A stretch of 64,000 nucleotides of DNA from positions 112,327-176,326 of the forward strand of contig CAYMCO010000004.1 of NCBI GenBank assembly GCA_964388955.1. Direction: 5' to 3'. Positions 55,706-64,000 of this stretch are shown here, piece by piece. The translations under genes were made by a program, and so were the position numbers. Source of the DNA: an uncultured Anaerolineaceae bacterium. Its GTDB lineage: Bacteria; Chloroflexota; Anaerolineae; Anaerolineales; E44-bin32. Under the pieces are notes generated by a model. It was not told the DNA's origin and ran no database searches. It worked only from the letters and a program-made list of their open reading frames with translations. Position 1 is the first letter of the stretch; every line of letters begins with the position of its first letter.

Positions 55706-56414
55706 TCATGTCGCCAACCCGGAGCACCGCTGGGGGATGGTCATTGATCTGGACCGATGCACCGGATGCCAGGCGTGCGTGGTCGCCTGCCACGCGGAGA
55801 ATAACGTCCCCGTTGTCGGTGAGCGCGAGGCCGTCCGCAGGCGCACCATGCATTGGATCCGCATCGAACGCTATTGGGAGGGGGAGTTCCCCAACGTGCG
55901 GGCGCGTTTCATGCCTGTTCTCTGCCAACAATGCGGGGAGGCCCCATGTGAGCCCGTGTGCCCGGTATTTGCCACCTATCACACCCCGGAGGGGCTGAAC
56001 GCACAGGTCTACAACCGCTGTATCGGCACACGCTTCTGTGGCAGCGCCTGCCCATATAAGGTGCGCATGTTCAATTGGTTCCGGCCGGATTTTCCGGAGC
56101 CGCTGGAACAACAGCTCAACCCGGATGTTTCTGTTCGGGGGCGAGGCATCATCGAGAAATGCTCCTTCTGCATCCAGCGCATCCGGAGAGCCGAGCTGCG
56201 GGCTGATCTGGAAGGCACAGCCCCGGACGATGGGGCGATCCAGCCTGCCTGCGTGCAGACTTGCCCCTCCTCCGCCCTGCTGTTCGGCGATTTGGGGGAT
56301 CCGGATAGCCGCGTAAGCCGCCTGGCGCGGGGCAACCGCGCCTTCCGGCTGCTGGAAGGCCTGGGCACAGATCCGGCTGTGATCTATCTCAAGGGAGGCG
56401 AAGCCAATGCCTGA
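55677..56414 (+). CDS. actB: alternative complex III 4Fe-4S ferredoxin subunit (ActB2)
   Basis: 245 aa. WGMVIDLDRCTGCQACVVACHAENN plus further Cys clusters (CQQCGEAPC, CIGTRFCGSACP, CSFC). Confidence 0.85.
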   Translation: MPKVAKHSADHVANPEHRWGMVIDLDRCTGCQACVVACHAENNVPVVGEREAVRRRTMHWIRIERYWEGEFPNVRARFMPVLCQQCGEAPCEPVCPVFATYHTPEGLNAQVYNRCIGTRFCGSACPYKVRMFNWFRPDFPEPLEQQLNPDVSVRGRGIIEKCSFCIQRIRRAELRADLEGTAPDDGAIQPACVQTCPSSALLFGDLGDPDSRVSRLARGNRAFRLLEGLGTDPAVIYLKGGEANA

Positions 56415-57849
56415 CGCGGCCCCGACACCACCGCAAGAAGGTCCGACTCAGAGCGAGGGGGCTGAACTCAGCGACGAAATCCATGGCCGGTTGCTCCTCG
56501 AGAAGCGGACCGACCGGGAGATCAATGAGGCGGTGCTGCGACCTATGCTCCACTCCGGATGGGGATTTTGGTCCCTGGCCGCGGTGCTCGTGGCCATCAT
56601 CCTGTGGGGTCTGTACGCTTGGTTTTATCAGGTTCGCTGGGGTATGGGGGTAGCGGGCATCAACCAGCCCGTCTATTGGGGCCTGTACATCACGACCTTT
56701 GTGTTCTGGGTCGGGATCAGCCACGCCGGCACCATGATCTCGGCGGTGCTCCGGCTGCTGCGGGTGGATTGGCGCCGTCCCATCACCCGCGGTGCCGAGG
56801 CGATGACCGCCTTCGCCTTGATGATGGCCGCCTTGTATCCGCTGATTCACCTGGGCCGAGTGTGGAAATTCTATTGGATGATCCCGTATCCGAACAATCG
56901 GGCCATGTGGCCCAACTTCCAGTCTCCGCTTATGTGGGATATGGTCGCCATCTTCACCTACTTGATCGGCTCTTCCCTGTATCTGTACCTGGCATTGATC
57001 CCCGATCTGGCTGTCGCCAGAGACTACACGCAAGGGTGGCGCTACAGGCTCTACCGGATATTCTCTCTGGGGTGGCGGGGAACGGAGAGCGAGTGGCATA
57101 AGATGCATCGCGCGCTCTCGATATTCAGTGTGATCATCATCCCCGTCTTCCTCTCCGTGCACTCGATTGTCTCCTGGGACTTTGCGGTCACCATCCAACC
57201 CCGCTGGCACAGCACGATCTTCGCACCCTATTTCGTGATCGGCGCAGTCTATTCGGGGCTCTCCGCGCTGGCCACCATCCTCATCATTGTGCGCAAGACC
57301 ATGCATTTGGAGGACTTTCTGCGGCGCGAGCACTTCGACGGCTTGGGGAAACTGGTCATGGTGGCCGGCCTGGCTTGGATCTACTTCTGGTTCGCCGGCT
57401 TCATCGTCGAATGGTACGGCAAGGAGCCCGTCATCCAAGCGTTGATTCACGAGGAAATCAGCGGGCCATTGGCGCCCTTCTTCTGGCTTCAGATAGCCGC
57501 AAATGTGATCCCTCCCGCCCTGCTCGTCTCCAGGCGGCTGCGCACCAATCCGACCACCTTGCTGCTGATCACGTTGTTGGTCAATGTGGGGATGTTCACC
57601 GAACGGGCCCTGATCGTGATCGGTAATCTGCAGCGCAATTATCTGCCTTTCGATTGGGGCACCTACCATCCAAGCTGGGTGGAGGTCAGCATCGTGGCAA
57701 TGACCTTCGCTGGGTTCGCGCTGCTCTACACACTGTTCTCCCGGATCGTCCCCTACGTGCCGATCTGGGAAATCCGGGAGGGTCGCCTGCGCTACACGCT
57801 TCGCCGCATTGGCCGCCTGCTGGTTCCCACCGCGGCGGAGATAGAATAG
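56407..57849 (+). CDS. actC: alternative complex III NrfD/PsrC-like quinol-interacting membrane subunit
   Basis: 480 aa with about 10 TM helices. NrfD-family-like, with an 8-nt overlap with actB2. Confidence 0.85.
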   Translation: MPDAAPTPPQEGPTQSEGAELSDEIHGRLLLEKRTDREINEAVLRPMLHSGWGFWSLAAVLVAIILWGLYAWFYQVRWGMGVAGINQPVYWGLYITTFVFWVGISHAGTMISAVLRLLRVDWRRPITRGAEAMTAFALMMAALYPLIHLGRVWKFYWMIPYPNNRAMWPNFQSPLMWDMVAIFTYLIGSSLYLYLALIPDLAVARDYTQGWRYRLYRIFSLGWRGTESEWHKMHRALSIFSVIIIPVFLSVHSIVSWDFAVTIQPRWHSTIFAPYFVIGAVYSGLSALATILIIVRKTMHLEDFLRREHFDGLGKLVMVAGLAWIYFWFAGFIVEWYGKEPVIQALIHEEISGPLAPFFWLQIAANVIPPALLVSRRLRTNPTTLLLITLLVNVGMFTERALIVIGNLQRNYLPFDWGTYHPSWVEVSIVAMTFAGFALLYTLFSRIVPYVPIWEIREGRLRYTLRRIGRLLVPTAAEIE

Positions 57850-57858
57850 GAGTCCGCT

Positions 57859-58383
57859 ATGGCCGAAGGGGTCCAACTGCTCGCCCTGTTCGAGGAATCC
57901 ACCGCCACCGCCCAGGCCATCGACGCCCTCCACGACGCGGGCATCCCCGATGAAAAGGTCGTGGTGATGACCGGCGTCCCCTATCCCGAGAGGGCGCTCG
58001 GCCGACGTGTAGAGTGGCTGCGGCTTCCCTATATCGTCGTGGCAGGGGCCTTCGTCGGCCTGCTGTTCGGCCTGTTTCTGGCGGTCATCACCCCACATCT
58101 CTACCGGCTGGACATCGGCGGGCATCCGCCTGTGGGATTCCCTCCAGCCGGGGTGATCATCTTCGTGTTCGCCATGATGGCCACCATCATCTCTACATTT
58201 CTGGGCGTGATCTGGGAGATGGGATTTCCGGAATTCGGGCCAAAGCACTATCACAAGATGGTCAGCGATGGATACCTCGCTGTGCTCGTAGACACCACAG
58301 AAGAACTCCAAGAGACGGTGCGCCGCATTCTGCACGAGGGTGGGGCGCGCGAGGTCGAGCGTCCGGAGAAACAGCTACTATGA
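57859..58383 (+). CDS. actD: alternative complex III subunit ActD (DUF3341-like)
   Basis: 174 aa. Soluble N-terminal domain (LLALFEESTATAQAIDALHDAG) plus two TM helices. Position between actC and actE. Confidence 0.65.
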   Translation: MAEGVQLLALFEESTATAQAIDALHDAGIPDEKVVVMTGVPYPERALGRRVEWLRLPYIVVAGAFVGLLFGLFLAVITPHLYRLDIGGHPPVGFPPAGVIIFVFAMMATIISTFLGVIWEMGFPEFGPKHYHKMVSDGYLAVLVDTTEELQETVRRILHEGGAREVERPEKQLL

Positions 58384-58892
58384 GCAGAAGAACACGCAGA
58401 GGCTTGACCTTCATCGCCATCGTACTTGCGCCTTTTGTCATTGGCCTGTTGATCACCTATCAATGGATCCGCATCCCCTTCACCACGGATCTTGCCATCT
58501 CTCCGGCGATCGACTACCAGGAGGGTCCCAGGCGACTCCCGCCGGATGGGGCGGTTCCATACCAGGGCGAGGCGCTTATCTCTGGGGAGTTTCCACAGAA
58601 TCCCGTCCCCAGCAGCCCAGAGTCCCTGCAGCGAGGGGAGATCCTCTATCACCTCCATTGCGCCATCTGCCATGGGAATGCTGGCCGGGGGGACGGCCCA
58701 TTGGCGGATCGTTTCAGCCGCACCCCCGAAAACCTCTCCGGCGCCCAGGCGGCGGCCGAATTCGACGGATCGGTATACCTGGCTATCCTGCAGGGCTTCG
58801 GGGAAATGCCTTCGCTCGCCGAAAACTTGACCCGGCGCGAGCGCTGGGACGTGATCAACTACATACGGACCCTGCCCGGCCAAGGGGAGTAG
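58380..58892 (+). CDS. actE: alternative complex III monohaem cytochrome c subunit
   Basis: 170 aa from MSRRTRRGLTF (ATG 58380, overlapping the actD stop). One TM helix and a single CAICH motif. Confidence 0.75.
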   Translation: MSRRTRRGLTFIAIVLAPFVIGLLITYQWIRIPFTTDLAISPAIDYQEGPRRLPPDGAVPYQGEALISGEFPQNPVPSSPESLQRGEILYHLHCAICHGNAGRGDGPLADRFSRTPENLSGAQAAAEFDGSVYLAILQGFGEMPSLAENLTRRERWDVINYIRTLPGQGE

Positions 58893-58904
58893 GAGAGGTC
58901 TATC

Positions 58905-59951
58905 ATGGGGAAGCAGAAAATCCTGATTGGGGCTTCGGTCGCCATCGGTGCTTTGTTCTTCAGCGCTTGCCGGCCGCAGGCCGGCCTTCCGGCAGGGCCG
59001 ACACCGATCCCCACTCTCGCCCCGGTGGAGGCCTTCGAAGCCGAGCCGCTGCCCAGCGAGACCCCTGTGGGGGCCATCTTGAGCTATCCGGCGCGCCCCC
59101 CCTCCGCGCAGCAAGGCCAGGACCTGTATTTCAACTACTGCCTCGAATGCCACGGGCCGGATGGCACAGGCGCGATGCCAAAGGCGCGCAATTTCCTTGA
59201 CCTCGACTACATGCGCGGCGAAGCGCCTGCGACCTTTTACGCAGCGGTGACCGAAGGCCGCGGCGAGATGCCCGCCTACCAAGACATCCTGAACTCAGAT
59301 GAACGCTGGGACGCCGTCTACTACATCTGGCGGCTGTCCACCAGCGAACAGACCCTGGAGCAGGGGTCTCAGATCTACGAGCAGAACTGCGCCTCCTGTC
59401 ATGGCGAGAACGGTTCGGGTGAATTGCTGGGCGCGGCCGATTTCACGAATCTGCGTGAGATGGCGAACTTGGCTCCGCGCGACTTGTATCTGACTGTGAC
59501 CCAGGGTCGCGGCTCCATGCCCGGATGGCAGCCGCTCTTGAGCCAAGACCAGCGATGGGCGGTCATCGACTACGTATCGTCATTCTCGTACGATCCGGCG
59601 TTGGAGGCGGAGGGGGCAACGACGCCAGACGCTGCCCCCCCAAGCCAACCGCCCACCTGCGACGCTCAGCAGGAGAATCCCTTCGCCTGGGACGACGCCG
59701 ATGCCGTTGCGGCTGGGGGCGCGATCTTTGAGGCCCAGTGCACCATCTGCCATGGTCAAGATGGCCGGGGAGGTCTGCCCGGCACGGTGGACTTCACCTC
59801 CCAGAATGTGAGCGCGGAGCTGCAAGAGACGGCTGGGGAGAAGTTCTGCCTGATCACCGGGGGGATGGGGGCCATGCCGTCTTTCCGCCAGACTCTGACA
59901 GCAGAGGAGCGATGGCAGGCCCTCACATTCCTGGCCTCACTGGGAAAGTAG
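58905..59951 (+). CDS. trihaem class-I cytochrome c lipoprotein
   Basis: 348 aa. Signal sequence ending FFSAC, and three class-I domains (CLECH, CASCH, CTICH), each followed by a GxMP motif. Confidence 0.8.
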   Translation: MGKQKILIGASVAIGALFFSACRPQAGLPAGPTPIPTLAPVEAFEAEPLPSETPVGAILSYPARPPSAQQGQDLYFNYCLECHGPDGTGAMPKARNFLDLDYMRGEAPATFYAAVTEGRGEMPAYQDILNSDERWDAVYYIWRLSTSEQTLEQGSQIYEQNCASCHGENGSGELLGAADFTNLREMANLAPRDLYLTVTQGRGSMPGWQPLLSQDQRWAVIDYVSSFSYDPALEAEGATTPDAAPPSQPPTCDAQQENPFAWDDADAVAAGGAIFEAQCTICHGQDGRGGLPGTVDFTSQNVSAELQETAGEKFCLITGGMGAMPSFRQTLTAEERWQALTFLASLGK

Positions 59952-60058
59952 GAGAGAGACACCCCCAAGGCCGGGACCTGGAAGAAAGGAGGTGCGTCGG
60001 CAGAGAACCCCTTTTCGTCTCGCCGTAAGAACGCTTCACAATATGAGGAGAATATCGC

Positions 60059-60754
60059 ATGCGACAGAAATACCTGATTGGATTGGCCGTATTCACCTGC
60101 CTGGCCATCGCCTTATCCGCCTGCGCCGGCTCACAGGGGCCACCCGGGCCCGAGGGTCCGCCCGGCCCCCAGGGCCCCGCCGGTCCCGCAGGGCCTACTG
60201 GGCCCGAAGGCCCGCCCGGGCCGGCAGGAGCAGACCTCACGGAGGAACAGCAGGCCGCGCTGGAATACGCGGGCATGCTGTCCGAATCTTTCGCCTTCCC
60301 ATCGGTGGAGAACACACCCAGAGGATGCCCCTCCTGTCACGTCCTGGTTGACGAGGAGACCGGCAAATACACCTTGCCGTACGAGGCGCACGAACGCGCC
60401 GAAGTGCGCGGCGAGGAGCACCCCGATGTCGCCCCGGACGGCACCTCGCTGGCTGTGACCGAGGAAGTGAAGGTGACCACCTGCCTGCAGTGCCATGCCT
60501 CCGGCACGGGCGCCCGGGAGGATATGGGGGTTGTGGCACCGCTGGCGCTACGGGACATCGTGCACCCGGCGCACCTGTACAGCTCGACGTTCAAGTTCCA
60601 TTATGGTGGCAACTGTTTCACCTGTCACAATGTGAACGGCGAAGGGGAATTCGAGCTGCTCACGGAAGCCGTGGAAACCAACGAGAAGGGCGTCCCAGAC
60701 CCTGCCAATCTGCCCATCCCAGGAGCGATGATATTCGACGAGGAAGGGCAGTAG
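60059..60754 (+). CDS. trihaem cytochrome c lipoprotein with collagen-like Gly-X-Y stalk
   Basis: 231 aa. LSAC lipobox, ten consecutive G-X-Y triplets, then CPSCH, CLQCH and CFTCH, all in one frame. Confidence 0.75.
   Translation: MRQKYLIGLAVFTCLAIALSACAGSQGPPGPEGPPGPQGPAGPAGPTGPEGPPGPAGADLTEEQQAALEYAGMLSESFAFPSVENTPRGCPSCHVLVDEETGKYTLPYEAHERAEVRGEEHPDVAPDGTSLAVTEEVKVTTCLQCHASGTGAREDMGVVAPLALRDIVHPAHLYSSTFKFHYGGNCFTCHNVNGEGEFELLTEAVETNEKGVPDPANLPIPGAMIFDEEGQ
60137..60229 (+). repeat. collagen-like (Gly-X-Y)x10 coding repeat
   Basis: [31 protein letters not shown], read directly from the frame of ORF 60059..60754. Confidence 0.9.
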
Positions 60755-60981
60755 GAAGGGGGGCTCCGCCGCCCGGAGCTCTCGTCCGAGCTGAATGTAA
60801 GTGGCGCGCAGGCGCCGTGGCGGGAAGGTCCATGGGGGGGCCCGCCGCGGCGCTTTGCGCCCGTCGCGGTGCAGACTCAGGTCACGTCAAGCCGGGAAAC
60901 TGAAAGGGAGCAACCCTTCGCCCGATCGTCTTCATGAGCGGTGGACGGCTTGGGTGGGTGGGCGTGTTCAACATCCGCGCC

Positions 60982-62103
60982 TCAAAGCCCCTTCAGAATC
61001 TCCCGCACCAGCCCCGGCCCACGATAGACCAGTCCGGTATACATCTGGACCAGCGAGGCGCCGGCCTCCAGCTTCTCCCGCGCCGAGGCGGGGTCGTCGA
61101 CGCCGCCTACCCCGATGATGGGCAGCGATCCCCCGCTCAGCCGGTGGATCTCGCGCACGGACTGAGTTGCCCGCTCGCGCAGCGGCGCCCCGCTCAGGCC
61201 CCCGGTCTCCCGGCCGCGCGGGGAATGCAGGCCGTCGCGCGCCACGGTCGTGTTGGAGGCGATCACACCGTCGAGCCCCACCTCAATGATGGCACCCACC
61301 GCATCTGCGAGTTCCTGTGTGGTGAGATCCGGCGCCAGCTTGACCAACAGCGGGACCCGTCGGGCGGTCGCGGCCGCGAGCTCATCCCGGGCCGCCAGCA
61401 GCTCCTCCAGCAGCGCCGACAAATGGGCCCGGGCCTGCAAGCGGCGCAGGCCGATGGTGTTTGGAGAGGACACATTCACCGCCAGGTAGTCGGAAACCGG
61501 ATAGAATGCCCGCAGCAGCACCAGATAGTCCTCGCGCGCGCGGCCCAAAGGCGTATCCGCTCCTTTCCCGATGTTGACCCCCACCACAACCCCTTCCGGC
61601 CGGCTTCTGCGCAGCCGCCGGAGCAGGTCTGCGGCACCCGCGTTAGGGAAACCCATGCGGTTGATGAGCGCAGCATCTTCCGGCAGCCGGAAGATGCGCG
61701 GGCGGGGGTTGCCCGCCTGGGGCATGGGGGTCACCGTCCCCAGCTCCAGATGGCCGAATCCCAGGCACGCCAGGCCATGCATCGCTATCCCTTGCTTGTC
61801 ATAGCCTGCGGCCAGGCCAATGGGGTTGTCAAAATCAATCCCGAAGGCGCTGACCTTCAGCGCCCGATCCGGGACCGTGAAAACCCTGCGAAGGGCGGCC
61901 CTGACTGGCGGCAAGCACCCCGCCAGCGCGAGCAATCGCAGGGTCAGGTTGTGCGCACGTTCCGCATCCAGCCTGAACAGCAACCGGCGCAGCCACCCAT
62001 AGGGACTTATGCGATCCAGGCTGCGGACAGCGGATGATTCTACCTGGTGGCCCGTTCTGCATTCTCCGTTCGAATCCGCGCGGTTTCCCCTGGGCCGCTC
62101 CAT
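60982..62103 (-). CDS. pyrD: dihydroorotate dehydrogenase (quinone), class 2
   Basis: LFRLDAERAH, NPIGLAAGYDK, GFGHLELGTVTP and NVSSPNT motifs. ATG at 62103 preferred over the TTG at 62136. Confidence 0.85.
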   Translation of the reverse strand: MERPRGNRADSNGECRTGHQVESSAVRSLDRISPYGWLRRLLFRLDAERAHNLTLRLLALAGCLPPVRAALRRVFTVPDRALKVSAFGIDFDNPIGLAAGYDKQGIAMHGLACLGFGHLELGTVTPMPQAGNPRPRIFRLPEDAALINRMGFPNAGAADLLRRLRRSRPEGVVVGVNIGKGADTPLGRAREDYLVLLRAFYPVSDYLAVNVSSPNTIGLRRLQARAHLSALLEELLAARDELAAATARRVPLLVKLAPDLTTQELADAVGAIIEVGLDGVIASNTTVARDGLHSPRGRETGGLSGAPLRERATQSVREIHRLSGGSLPIIGVGGVDDPASAREKLEAGASLVQMYTGLVYRGPGLVREILKGL

Positions 62104-62122
62104 AGCGCTGGCATCTCGCGCC

Positions 62123-63580
62123 TCAACGCGCACCAAGAAACTGCCTCACCGCGTTCGCTTGATCGCGCGACACGCTCCCTACTGCCTCCCAATAATCCAT
62201 CAACTGGGAGAGTGTGAACACGCTGTGGAACGCGTACCCCGCCTCTCGCAGCGCCTCTTGGGCGCCGGCCTGGCGGTCGATGAGCACAGCTACATCGCGT
62301 ATGACCAGGCCCACGCTCTCCAAGTGCTCAATCGCTTCAAATTTGCTACCCGCAGTGGTGGCAAGGTCATCGATCAATACAACCCTTTCCCCCGGCCGAA
62401 AAGCGCCTTCCACTGGGGACTGGGTGCCATAGTCTTTGACCCGCTTGCGAGGGTAGACCATGGGTAGATCCGCCTGCAGCGCGATGGCGGTCGCGATGGG
62501 CAGGCCGGCGTAAGGCAATCCGGCCAGGCGGTCAAAGCGCAGCCCCTCCAGGAGCGGGCGGTATGCGGCCGCGACCCGGGCGAGCAAGGCCGGATGGGAG
62601 GCCAGCAGGCGCAGGTCCAGATAGATGGGGGATTGGGTTCCCGACTTCAGTCTAAACTCACCGAACTTGACGCATCCGGCCCGCAGCAGCCCATCCGCCA
62701 CCTGCAGCAGCTCTGGGCGGAGAGACGAGGCCGGCGCCTCGCCCACACTTCCCCGGACACGATTGATGCGGTCGCGCAGCTCCCTCGCCCTCGCGCGCGG
62801 ATCTCTTGCCCGGGCGATGGCACGCGAGACCGGCACGATCATTCCCGAGCCGTCCGCCCGGAGCCCGGCGCGCAAGGCGCCCTCCAGATCCGCACCTTGG
62901 GCGCCTACCCCCGGCGCCAGCAACCAGAGATCGGGGGAGACGCCCCGCACAGCGGCCACCGCGCGCGGGTCCGTTGCACCCACCACCAGCCCCAGATTAT
63001 CCGCCTTGTTCCACTCTCTCGCTCGCCGCGCGAGCTGTAGGTAAAGGGGTTCCCCTCCGGGGCCCCTGCTCCGGACCTGCAGTTCGTCTGCCCCCGGGTT
63101 TGAAGTCTTGCACAGCAGGAAGGCGCCCCGGCGGGGATCCCCGATGAAAGGGGCAATCGAATCGGACCCCATGTAGGGGTTCACCGTGACCGCATCCGCT
63201 CCCAGAACATCGAAGGCCGCCGCGGCATATGCACTGGCGCTGGAGGCGATATCGCCCCACTTGGCATCCAGAATCACCGGTGTGCCCTCGGGCACGGCCC
63301 GGATGACGGCCCCCAGCGCGGTCCACCCCTCGGCTCCCAATGCCGCGAAGAAGGCGCTGTTCGGTTTGAAGGCGCAGGCGAAATCAGCGCAGGCCTCGAT
63401 GATGCCGATGCAGGAATCGCGCGCCGCTGACCCAGAAGAGGCCTCCAGGAACTCCGGATGGGGGTCCAGGCCCACGCACAAGAGCGAGTTTGCGCTGGCG
63501 ATGCGTGCCTCGAGGCGGGAGAAGAAAGACGCCTGCCCCCTCATCTCGGTCCGCCTAGGCCGTTGACGAGCCTGCGCCAT
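62123..63580 (-). CDS. pyrF-pyrE: bifunctional orotidine-5'-phosphate decarboxylase (type 2) / orotate phosphoribosyltransferase
   Basis: N-terminal half reads LLCVGLDPH...DAKWGDI (ODCase type 2). C-terminal half reads FRLKSGTQSPIYLDLR...VVLIDDLATTAGS (OPRTase PRPP loop). Start at MAQARQ (63580). Confidence 0.8.
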   Translation of the reverse strand: MAQARQRPRRTEMRGQASFFSRLEARIASANSLLCVGLDPHPEFLEASSGSAARDSCIGIIEACADFACAFKPNSAFFAALGAEGWTALGAVIRAVPEGTPVILDAKWGDIASSASAYAAAAFDVLGADAVTVNPYMGSDSIAPFIGDPRRGAFLLCKTSNPGADELQVRSRGPGGEPLYLQLARRAREWNKADNLGLVVGATDPRAVAAVRGVSPDLWLLAPGVGAQGADLEGALRAGLRADGSGMIVPVSRAIARARDPRARARELRDRINRVRGSVGEAPASSLRPELLQVADGLLRAGCVKFGEFRLKSGTQSPIYLDLRLLASHPALLARVAAAYRPLLEGLRFDRLAGLPYAGLPIATAIALQADLPMVYPRKRVKDYGTQSPVEGAFRPGERVVLIDDLATTAGSKFEAIEHLESVGLVIRDVAVLIDRQAGAQEALREAGYAFHSVFTLSQLMDYWEAVGSVSRDQANAVRQFLGAR

Positions 63581-63644
63581 GATGTCCAGCCCTCCGGGAT
63601 GCCGATCGATGTGTTTCGCTTCAAGCCCATTCCGCCTCGCTATG

Positions 63645-64000
63645 CTATGCCTTGCCCAGCACCATCGCCAGCAGCGCCATCCGCACGTACAGGCCGGACT
63701 CCATCTGCCGGAAGTATGCCGCTCGGGGATCCGAATCCACCTCCATGCTGATTTCTCCAACCCGGGGGAAGGGGTGCATAAGGATCATGACCTCCTTGGC
63801 CTTTGCCATCGTCTCCGGCGTGACGTGGTACAGATCCTTCACTCTGTCATATTCTGTGAGGTCCCCGAAACGTTCCTTCTGCACGCGGGTGACGTAGAGC
63901 ACGTCGCTTTCCCCAATGAACTCGTCCAGATCACTGCTCTCCGCCTGCGGGACCCCGGTCGCCTCCAGCTCCGCCATCAGCTCCTCCGGCATACGCAGGA
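63645..64000 (-). CDS. pyrB: aspartate carbamoyltransferase catalytic subunit, 3' part (5' end outside window)
   Basis: C-terminal PyrB sequence [12 protein letters not shown]...ILMHPFPRV...[21 protein letters not shown]. The gene continues past the window edge. Confidence 0.8.
   Translation of the reverse strand, partial: LRMPEELMAELEATGVPQAESSDLDEFIGESDVLYVTRVQKERFGDLTEYDRVKDLYHVTPETMAKAKEVMILMHPFPRVGEISMEVDSDPRAAYFRQMESGLYVRMALLAMVLGKA

Noticed and set aside
56389-58335. 648-aa minus-strand ORF opposite actC and actD
   Set aside because: It is antisense to well-supported ACIII membrane subunit genes. Its His/Gly/Asp/Pro/Gln-rich composition matches no domain pattern, so it is a GC-driven open frame.
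59923-60315. Minus-strand ORF that also reads as Gly-Pro-X repeats ([26 protein letters not shown])
   Set aside because: It is the reverse-complement mirror of the plus-strand collagen-like repeat (GGN CCN on one strand gives NGG NCC on the other). It lacks a signal peptide and haem motifs. The plus-strand frame is the coherent one.
1-64000. Search by eye for CRISPR arrays, IS elements, integrases, prophage genes, and rRNA or tRNA genes
   Set aside because: I found no regularly spaced direct repeats, no transposase, integrase or phage-like ORFs, and no structured RNA gene signatures. The only repeats seen are the 18-bp tandem at 40349, the collagen-like coding repeat at 60137 and short operator-type palindromes.

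Overview
GC-rich bacterial chromosomal window with about 65 protein-coding genes. I recognised no rRNA, tRNA, CRISPR array, transposase or integrase. The gene content (alternative complex III, an auracyanin-like cupredoxin, a fused cytochrome b) suggests a Chloroflexota-like respiring organism, but that is inference only.

Layout:
- 1-12 kb: housekeeping genes (lgt-like, a split CN-hydrolase/NadE pair, MFS exporter, ATL, ABC-F, selA, an M24 peptidase, tsaD).
- 12-19.5 kb, minus strand: a tightly coupled, poorly understood metallocluster locus. It holds two NifX/orange-protein-like proteins, two MinD-type ATPases with inserted ferredoxin domains, DUF59, DUF4213/DUF364, a radical SAM enzyme, two Arg/Gly-rich zinc-ribbon miniproteins and a PadR regulator, followed by rhodanese and SufE. 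This is my best candidate for an undescribed system.
- 19.7-38.7 kb: a respiratory island. It contains a copper-delivery module (SCO, an internally deleted PCuAC relic, a CcoG-like polyferredoxin), the aa3-type oxidase operon with ctaB, a blue copper protein, a Rieske/cytochrome b/dihaem-c complex, and cydABDC.
- 38.8-50.2 kb: transporters, a YjgR/HerA-like ATPase next to a membrane-anchored tandem-HKD PLD protein, and a dtxR-feoB-(Cys-rich)-feoA operon behind a perfect 16-bp palindrome.
- 50.2-60.8 kb: a NarL-type two-component system whose kinase has two CXXCH motifs in its periplasmic domain, a pseudo-receiver, and an alternative complex III operon (actA-B1-B2-C-D-E, no actF). The operon is extended by a trihaem cytochrome c and a trihaem lipoprotein that carries ten collagen-like Gly-X-Y triplets.
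- 61-64 kb, minus strand: pyrD, a pyrF-pyrE fusion, and the 3' part of pyrB.

All family calls come from reading motifs in the supplied translations. No database search was run.
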